From Horticoccus luteus (GTDB taxonomy: Bacteria; Verrucomicrobiota; Verrucomicrobiia; Opitutales; Opitutaceae): DNA of 32,000 nucleotides. Below the pieces are notes generated by a model. It was given only the letters and a program-made list of their open reading frames with translations. It was not told where the DNA came from and searched no databases. Where the stretch lies: positions 3,420,001 to 3,452,000 of the forward strand of contig NZ_CP080507.1 in the NCBI RefSeq assembly GCF_019464535.1, in the 5' to 3' direction. Made by a program: the position numbers and the translations under genes. Shown here piece after piece: positions 26,139 to 32,000 of this stretch (within the stretch, counting starts at the first letter, position 1; every line of letters begins with the position of its first letter).

Positions 26139-27275
26139 GTGCCTCTCTCCCCCCTCCCCCCGCTCCTCTACGCCGACTCCGTTTCCAACCCGGATCAACT
26201 CTACTTCAGCCGCGTCAGCGTGCCCGATCCGTTCATCGCCTTCACTGCCGGCGCGAAACGCATCGCCCTGCTGAGCGCCCTCGAACTCGGCCGGGTGCGC
26301 AAAGCCCGCACGCTCGACGACGTCCTCTCGCTCGAAGACTGGCGCGACCGCGCCGCCACCCGCTTTCCCGGCCGCCCCGGCCCCGCCGAAATCATCGCCA
26401 CCGTCGCCCGCGCCTATCGCGTGAAGGCCTTTCGCGTTGCCGACGATTTTCCCGCCGGCCTCTTCGAACAACTCCGCGCCCTCGGCGTGAAACTCACCCT
26501 CGCCGACGGCCCGCTCTTCCCCGAACGCGAACTCAAAACCGCCCGCGAAGCCGCCGCCATCGCCGAGGGCAACCGCCTCAGCGCCGTCGGTTTCGCCGCC
26601 GCCGAGAAAATCCTCCGCGCCACGCGCATCAAGGGCCGCACTCTCCTCCACGAGGGCCGCCCGCTCACCTCCGAACGCCTCCGCTTCGCCATCGACAGCG
26701 CCATCCTCGCCGAGGGCGGCCTGGCCCAGGGCACCATCGTCGCCGGCGGCGACCAAGCCTGCGATCCCCACGAACGCGGCTCCGGCGAACTCCGCCCGCA
26801 CGAGCTCATCATCCTCGATATTTTTCCGCGCGTGTCCGCCACCGGCTATTACGGCGATATGACGCGCACCTTCCTCCGCGGCCGCGCCTCCACCGAACAA
26901 CGCCGCCTCGTCGACACCGTCCGCGCCGCTCAACTTGCCGCCCTCGGCGCCATCCGCGCCGGCGTCGATGGCCGCGACATCCACGGCCGCGTGACCGCCA
27001 CCTTCACCGCCGCCGGTTACAAAACCGAACACACGAAAAACGGCTCCGTCGGGTTTTTCCACGGCACCGGCCACGGCCTCGGCCTCGCCATCCACGAAAT
27101 GCCGCGCCTCTCCGGCGCAATCTCGATGCCGCTCAAAAAAGGCGCCGTCGTCACCGTCGAGCCCGGCCTCTATTATCCCGGCCTCGGCGGTTGCCGCATC
27201 GAAGACGTCGTCCAGGTCACCGCCCGCACGCCGAAAATGCTCTCCTCCTACCCCTACGAATGGGAACTGCGATGA
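26139..27275 (+). CDS. M24-family metallopeptidase (Xaa-Pro aminopeptidase / creatinase-like)
   Basis: 378 aa with a GTG start. Has a creatinase-like N-domain. Pita-bread motifs are present: DIFPRVSATGYYGDMTRTF, HGTGHGLGLAIHE, VVTVEPGLYYPGLGGCRIED. Confidence 0.88.
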   Translation: MPLSPLPPLLYADSVSNPDQLYFSRVSVPDPFIAFTAGAKRIALLSALELGRVRKARTLDDVLSLEDWRDRAATRFPGRPGPAEIIATVARAYRVKAFRVADDFPAGLFEQLRALGVKLTLADGPLFPERELKTAREAAAIAEGNRLSAVGFAAAEKILRATRIKGRTLLHEGRPLTSERLRFAIDSAILAEGGLAQGTIVAGGDQACDPHERGSGELRPHELIILDIFPRVSATGYYGDMTRTFLRGRASTEQRRLVDTVRAAQLAALGAIRAGVDGRDIHGRVTATFTAAGYKTEHTKNGSVGFFHGTGHGLGLAIHEMPRLSGAISMPLKKGAVVTVEPGLYYPGLGGCRIEDVVQVTARTPKMLSSYPYEWELR

Positions 27276-28246
27276 AAGGTCTCCCCGCCCTCCTCAAAAA
27301 GATCGCGCGCGTCCGCATCCTCGTCGTCGGCGATGTGATGCTTGACCACTACATCTGGGGCGACGCCACGCGCATCTCCCCCGAAGCGCCCGTGCCCGTC
27401 GTCGATATCGCCCGCGATAGCTGGACCGCCGGCGGCGCCGCCAACGTCGCCCTCAACATCGCTTCGCTCGGCGCCCAATGCACCCTCGCAGGCTACATCG
27501 GCCGCGACGAAGCCGGTGATCGCCTCGGCGAAATTCTCCGCACCCACCGCATCGCCCACGTCAACACCCCCGGCACCGCGCCCACCATCGTGAAGACGCG
27601 CGTCCTCGTGCAGCATCAACAACTCTGCCGCCTCGATCGCGAAGCCGCCCCGCCTGCCTACGCCGTCAACGCCCCCGACGCCGCCACCATTTTCGGCGCC
27701 GCCATCCAAGCGTGCGATGCCGTCGTCCTCTCCGATTACGCCAAAGGCATTCTCAGCAACGAACTCGTCGCGCGCGTCACCAAACTCGCCCGCCGCGCCG
27801 GCAAACTCGTCGCGCTCGACCCCAAGCCGCGCCGCCAGCTCGCCTTTCGCGATCTCGATCTCATCACGCCCAACAAACGCGAAGCGCTCCAACTCGCCGG
27901 CCTCGAGCCCGTCCCGCACGCGCCCTTTCCCGCCGCCGAAGTCTGCGCCCGCCTGCATAAACTCTACGCGACCAAATACCTCGTCATCACCCTCGGTGAA
28001 GACGGCATGCTCCTGAGCTCGGGCGGCAAGGTCATCAAAATCATTCCCACCGCCGCGCGCGAAGTGTTCGACGTGTCCGGCGCCGGCGACACCGCCCTCG
28101 CCGGCCTCGTGCTCGGCCTCGCCGCCGGGGCGAGTCTGGAAAACGCCACGCACTTCGCCAACGCCGCCGCCGGGGTCGTCGTCGGCAAACTCGGCACCGC
28201 CACCGTGACGCCCGAGGAACTGGTCGCTTACGTGAACCAACGGTGA
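27272..28246 (+). CDS. hldA: D-glycero-beta-D-manno-heptose-7-phosphate kinase (HldE domain-I type, stand-alone)
   Basis: Internal start of track ORF 26063..28246. The ATG at 27272 overlaps the upstream TGA (ATGA). ILVVGDVMLDHYIWGDATRISPEAPVPVV, PNKREA and DVSGAGDT are ribokinase-fold RfaE kinase motifs. 324 aa, with no adenylyltransferase domain. Confidence 0.88.
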   Translation: MKGLPALLKKIARVRILVVGDVMLDHYIWGDATRISPEAPVPVVDIARDSWTAGGAANVALNIASLGAQCTLAGYIGRDEAGDRLGEILRTHRIAHVNTPGTAPTIVKTRVLVQHQQLCRLDREAAPPAYAVNAPDAATIFGAAIQACDAVVLSDYAKGILSNELVARVTKLARRAGKLVALDPKPRRQLAFRDLDLITPNKREALQLAGLEPVPHAPFPAAEVCARLHKLYATKYLVITLGEDGMLLSSGGKVIKIIPTAAREVFDVSGAGDTALAGLVLGLAAGASLENATHFANAAAGVVVGKLGTATVTPEELVAYVNQR

Positions 28247-28797
28247 CCGCCTCCGTTCCGCCGCCCTCGCGCCGCGCCCTCTTTCTCGACCGCGACGGCA
28301 CGCTGATCATCGACAAGGTTTACCTCGCCGACCCCGCCGGCGTGGAACTCATCGCCGGCACTGCCGACGCCCTTCGCCGCGCGCGCGAGCTCGGTTACCT
28401 GCTCTTCCTTTTCACCAACCAATCCGGCATCGGCCGCGGCCTGCACACGCTGGAACACACGCTGCGCGTCAACGCCCGCCTCGAAGAACTCCTCGGCCTG
28501 CCGCCGCCGCTGTTCACCGATATCTGCATCGCACCTGAAGCGCCCGGCCAGCCCGTCGTTTACCGCAAACCCTCGCCGCGTTTCATCCTTGAATCGCTCG
28601 CGAAACACGCGCTCGACCCGCAGCAGTGCTGGATGATCGGCGATTCCGCCGCCGACCTCGGCGCCGGCCTCGCTGCCGGCATCAACGTCGCCGCCGTGCA
28701 AACCGGCAAAGTCGACCCGCGCACGCTCCCTCTCGTCGCCGAGCGCGCGCTCCCCGTCTTCCCCACCTTCGCCCACTTCGCCGCCACGCTCCGGTGA
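28243..28797 (+). CDS. gmhB: D-glycero-D-manno-heptose-1,7-bisphosphate phosphatase (HAD-IIIA)
   Basis: 184 aa. Motifs seen: LFLDRDGTL, FTNQSGIGRG, YRKPSP, WMIGDSAADL. The GTG start overlaps the hldA TGA (GTGA). Confidence 0.85.
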   Translation: MTASVPPPSRRALFLDRDGTLIIDKVYLADPAGVELIAGTADALRRARELGYLLFLFTNQSGIGRGLHTLEHTLRVNARLEELLGLPPPLFTDICIAPEAPGQPVVYRKPSPRFILESLAKHALDPQQCWMIGDSAADLGAGLAAGINVAAVQTGKVDPRTLPLVAERALPVFPTFAHFAATLR

Positions 28798-28805
28798 GCC
28801 CGCGC

Positions 28806-29357
28806 ATGGAAGGTCCCACCATTTCGCTCGTCCCGCTCTCGCTCGACCACGTCAGCGATTTTCTCCGTTACTCCGCCGATCCCACGTTGTGGACATGGTG
28901 GCTGCGTCCGCCGCCGATCGATGCCGCGACCATGCGCGCCGAAGTCACCCTCGCACTCGAACAGGCGGCGACTGGCGCCCGCCAACCGTATTCCATTTTC
29001 CATCGCACCCGTGGAGAACACATCGGCAGCACCTCGTTCTGGCACCACGATGCCGCCCGCCGCACCGTCGAAATCGGCTCCACGTGGCTGGCCACTCCGT
29101 TCCACGGCACCGGCATCAATCGCGAATGCAAGGAACTCCTCCTGCGCCACGCGTTCACCGAGCTCGGCGTCGCGCACGTCATGCTGCAAACCGACGAACT
29201 CAACCACCGCTCGCGTCGCGCCATCGAAAAACTCGGCGCCACATTCGACCACGTGCGTCCCCACGACAAGACCACGTGGAATGGCCGCGTTCGCTCCTCC
29301 GTGATCTACATCTTGTCCGCTCCGCCCGCGCCCTCCACCTCCTCCGCCCCGGCGTGA
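28806..29357 (+). CDS. GNAT-family N-acetyltransferase (RimJ/RimL-like)
   Basis: MEGPTISLVPLSLDHVSDFLRYS...IGSTWLATPFHGTGINRECKELLLRHAFTELGVAHVMLQTDELNHRSRRAIEKLGA. An alternative in-frame GTG at 28794 overlaps the gmhB TGA (GTGA). The track ORF 28626..29357 is a 5' over-extension. Confidence 0.8.
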   Translation: MEGPTISLVPLSLDHVSDFLRYSADPTLWTWWLRPPPIDAATMRAEVTLALEQAATGARQPYSIFHRTRGEHIGSTSFWHHDAARRTVEIGSTWLATPFHGTGINRECKELLLRHAFTELGVAHVMLQTDELNHRSRRAIEKLGATFDHVRPHDKTTWNGRVRSSVIYILSAPPAPSTSSAPA

Positions 29358-29378
29358 CCATCGCTCCACCGTCCCGCC

Positions 29379-30212
29379 ATGCCCGAACTCGCCGAGGTTG
29401 AATTCTTCCGCAAACGCTGGAGCGTCGCCGAGGGCGAACGCATCGCCGCCGTCTTCACGCATCCGCGCGCCAAAATATTTCGCGGCACCGATCCCGCCGC
29501 GCTCGCCCGCGAACTCCCCGGTGCACGTCTCCTCGACTCCGCCGCCGCGGCGAAACAGATGCTGTTCCATTTCAACGGCGACCGCTGGCTCGGCGTGCAC
29601 CTCGGCATGAGCGGCGAACTGCGCGTGGAAACCTCCGCTTACGTCCCCGCCAAACACGATCATCTCGTCCTGCGCACCGCGCAGCGCGCCCTCGTGTTCG
29701 CCGATCCACGCATGTTCGGCCGCGTCGATTTCCACCTCGGCGCCGGGCCACCCGCGTGGTGGACGAAGATCGCTCCGCCCCTCCTCTCGCGCGCCTTCAC
29801 CGCCGCTGCCGTCGCCGCGTTTCTCCGCCGCCGTCGTCGCGCGCCCATCAAAGCGGTCCTCCTCATGCAGGAACGCTTTCCCGGCATCGGCAACTGGATG
29901 GCCGACGAAATCCTCTGGCGCGCGGCCATTCATCCGCAACGCCTCGCCGGTTCGCTCACCGCCGCCGAAGTGCGCACGCTCTGGCGCGAATGCCGCCAGG
30001 TCGCGCGACTCGCGCTGCGCACGATCGCCGGCGTCGGCGGCAAGCTCCCGCCCGACCTCAACGTCCACATCCCGCGCACCTGGCTTTTCTGGCACCGCTG
30101 GGAAGACGGCGGCCTCTGCCCGATCACCAAAAAACCGCTCGTCCGGGAGGAAGTCGGCGGCCGCACCACGTGCTGGTCCCCCGCCCGCCAAAAACTGCAT
30201 CCGCGCCGCTGA
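29379..30212 (+). CDS. mutM: Formamidopyrimidine-DNA glycosylase (Fpg/Nei family)
   Basis: 277 aa. The N-terminus is MPELAEVE (catalytic Pro2/Glu3). The H2TH region is LLMQERFPGIGNWMADEILWRA. The C-terminal zinc-finger region is degenerate (see finding). Confidence 0.88.
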   Translation: MPELAEVEFFRKRWSVAEGERIAAVFTHPRAKIFRGTDPAALARELPGARLLDSAAAAKQMLFHFNGDRWLGVHLGMSGELRVETSAYVPAKHDHLVLRTAQRALVFADPRMFGRVDFHLGAGPPAWWTKIAPPLLSRAFTAAAVAAFLRRRRRAPIKAVLLMQERFPGIGNWMADEILWRAAIHPQRLAGSLTAAEVRTLWRECRQVARLALRTIAGVGGKLPPDLNVHIPRTWLFWHRWEDGGLCPITKKPLVREEVGGRTTCWSPARQKLHPRR

Positions 30213-30222
30213 CGTCCGCCGC

Positions 30223-31074
30223 TCACGTCCGTTTGCCGCCGACGCCATACTTCTGCCGATACGCGCGCGGCGTCAGCCCCGCATACTTGGAAAACGCCCG
30301 ACTGAAGTGCGCCGCATCCGCGAAGCCCAACGCCAGCGCCACTTCCGTCACCGTCCGGCTGCCGTCGAGCAGACGCGCACTCGCCTGCTGCACCCGGCGG
30401 CGTTGATAGTATTCCAGCGGCGAAAACCCCGTCGCCTCGCGAAACAGCCGGCTCGCATGATCCGCCGACACCGGCCACGTGCGCAGCACCGACGGCAGGT
30501 CGAACCGCCCGTTGTGCTCCACCACCGCGTCAATGTCGTTCAACACCGCGCGCACCGCCGTGGAAAACTCGTCGCCCGGCACCGCCGCCGCGCGTGCGAG
30601 CCGCACGAGCAACTTCAAAAACGCCGTTCGCACAAACAGCGGTGAAGGACAGGACGCCGCCAATTCCTCCCGGATCTCCGTCAACTCCACCGTCACGGCC
30701 GCCGCCGTCGACGCCCCCAGCTCGAAGACCGTCGGCCGCGTCGCCCACTCCCGCCGAAACAACGCCTGCGCCAGAAAGAGCGGCACCAAACCGCGTTCGC
30801 TGCCGTGCGCGCTCAGGCCCGCCGCCAGCCATTCCGCAAGATAGTAAACGTTGATCACCTGCACGTCTTTCGCGCTCCAAAACGCGTGCACGCCTCCCGG
30901 CGGCACGACGACGACCGAACCCGGCCGCAACCGCTGCCGCCCCGCCGCCACTTCGTGCTCCACCCGGCCGCGCACCATGAGGCAAATCTCGTAATAGTCG
31001 TGATCGTGCGGGGCGATGTCGGCGTTGATCGCCAACGGCTCCACGTTCAACGGCCGCGTGGCGCTGAGCTGCAC
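30223..31074 (-). CDS. AraC-family transcriptional regulator with N-terminal cupin domain
   Basis: 283 aa with a GTG start. Cupin-like HDHDYYEICLMVRGRVEH...PPGGVHAF. C-terminal HTH: TVTEVALALGFADAAHFSRAFSKYAGLTPRAYRQ. Confidence 0.9.
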   Translation of the reverse strand: MQLSATRPLNVEPLAINADIAPHDHDYYEICLMVRGRVEHEVAAGRQRLRPGSVVVVPPGGVHAFWSAKDVQVINVYYLAEWLAAGLSAHGSERGLVPLFLAQALFRREWATRPTVFELGASTAAAVTVELTEIREELAASCPSPLFVRTAFLKLLVRLARAAAVPGDEFSTAVRAVLNDIDAVVEHNGRFDLPSVLRTWPVSADHASRLFREATGFSPLEYYQRRRVQQASARLLDGSRTVTEVALALGFADAAHFSRAFSKYAGLTPRAYRQKYGVGGKRT

Positions 31075-31180
31075 CGTCTGTTGAGTGATCGTGAAGCGCG
31101 CCTTGATGCCCGGAAACGTTCAAGTTTTTCCCCGCCGCATGCAAGCGCCGACCCCGCCCTTGTGCTATCTTCCCGCCACC

Positions 31181-31954
31181 ATGAACGATCGTTATCCCCT
31201 CACTGACGAGCAAATCGCCGCCTACCGGCGCGACGGATTTATTCAACTCGACGCCGTTGTCTCGCCGGCGGAACTCACCGAGCTGCGCGAGGCGGTGGAG
31301 TCCGCCGTGCGCGAGGAGTCGCGCGATCAGGACCCCAATCGCCCGAAGAACAGCTACGAACAGATTTTTATTCAGAAGGTGAATCTCTGGCGTCGTCATC
31401 CCTCGGTCGCGAAGTTTGTCCTCCTGCGTCGTTTCGGCGACATCGCCGCCCGCCTCATGGGCGCGCCCGCGCGCATCTGGCACGATCAGGCCTTGTTCAA
31501 GGAACCGCGCACCGGTGCCAACACGCCGTGGCATCAGGACACCGTTTACTGGCCCCACGAGCCCAAGGAACTCCAGACCACGCTGTGGTTGGCGCTCAAG
31601 GACACCACCATCCAAAACGGCTGCATGTCGTTTCTTCCCGGCACGCACAAACTGCGCGGCATCGAACCGGTCAACCTCGCCGAGCCGCAGGAGCTGTATA
31701 AAGTCGCCCCGCAGACCCGCGGTCTTAAACCCGTGGCCTGTCCCCTCAAGGCCGGCTCCTGCACGTTTCACAACGGCCTCACTTTCCACTACGCCGGCCC
31801 CAACCGCTCCGACGACATGCGCGAGGCGATCGCGATCATCTACATGCCGGACCACACCACTTACACCGGCGCCGATCACATGGTCACCAATAACCAAGGC
31901 TTCAAGGTCGGCGATCCGCTCGAGAGCGAACTCTTCCCGCCCGTATCCGCTTAA
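31181..31954 (+). CDS. Phytanoyl-CoA dioxygenase (PhyH)-family Fe(II)/2-oxoglutarate oxygenase
   Basis: Internal ATG of track ORF 31085..31954. MNDRYPLTDEQIAAYRRDGFIQL is a typical PhyH N-terminus. WHQDTVYW carries HxD, and FHNGLTFHYAGPNRS carries the distal His/Arg. Confidence 0.85.
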   Translation: MNDRYPLTDEQIAAYRRDGFIQLDAVVSPAELTELREAVESAVREESRDQDPNRPKNSYEQIFIQKVNLWRRHPSVAKFVLLRRFGDIAARLMGAPARIWHDQALFKEPRTGANTPWHQDTVYWPHEPKELQTTLWLALKDTTIQNGCMSFLPGTHKLRGIEPVNLAEPQELYKVAPQTRGLKPVACPLKAGSCTFHNGLTFHYAGPNRSDDMREAIAIIYMPDHTTYTGADHMVTNNQGFKVGDPLESELFPPVSA

Positions 31955-31960
31955 TTGCCC

Positions 31961-31980
31961 GGCGCGCCCGACCGCGCGCC
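31961..31980 (+). terminator. GC hairpin after the PhyH gene (no U-tract)
   Basis: ggcgcgc (31961-67), loop ccgacc, gcgcgcc (31974-80). It starts 7 nt after the TAA. Confidence 0.25.
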
Positions 31981-32000
31981 GCCGCATCCTTGCACCCGGC

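Noticed and set aside
26063-28246. 727-aa ORF that would fuse the M24 region to the heptose kinase.
   Set aside because: The first ~400 residues are an Arg/Pro-rich out-of-frame shadow of the M24 peptidase gene. The kinase homology begins exactly at the ATG at 27272, which overlaps the M24 stop.

Overview
Very GC-rich bacterial chromosomal window, densely coding with about 30 genes, and mostly core or housekeeping. Positions 1-10570 are one co-directional minus-strand block: coaBC (5' part only, found by my own translation and absent from the ORF track), panC, panB, trkA, trkH, glgP, mutL, argH. The rest is mixed-strand. It holds an orphan secreted protein, OsmC, an Fsr-like MFS transporter, an aldo/keto reductase and a YahK-like alcohol dehydrogenase. 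An AraC regulator then sits divergent from a tightly packed 3-gene cassette: Gfo/Idh/MocA dehydrogenase, FG-GAP beta-propeller without a signal peptide, ketose 3-epimerase-like TIM barrel. After that come a large secreted protein with a tandemly duplicated C-terminal domain, a Thr/Pro-rich YXWGXW lipoprotein, a GT2 glycosyltransferase, a quinone-oxidoreductase-like MDR enzyme, a glutaredoxin-like protein, a hypothetical protein with a basic tail and a DUF192 lipoprotein. A start/stop-overlapping chain follows (M24 peptidase, heptose-7-P kinase, GmhB, GNAT), then Fpg/MutM and a second AraC divergent from a PhyH-family dioxygenase. I saw no rRNA, tRNA, CRISPR array, transposase, integrase, phage gene or recognisable defence or toxin-antitoxin module. 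Many long ORFs in the supplied track are Arg/Pro/Gly/His-rich antisense or out-of-frame shadows typical of high-GC DNA, and several real genes start well inside the listed ORF. The best candidate for an undescribed system is the AraC-linked dehydrogenase / FG-GAP propeller / epimerase cassette at 15544-19395, and I hold that only with moderate conviction. Secondary points are zinc- or cysteine-ligand substitutions in MutL, Fpg and the YahK-like ADH, a structured 376-nt intergenic region upstream of argH, and several orphan envelope proteins. All functional calls rest on motif recognition by eye. No database search or computation was run.
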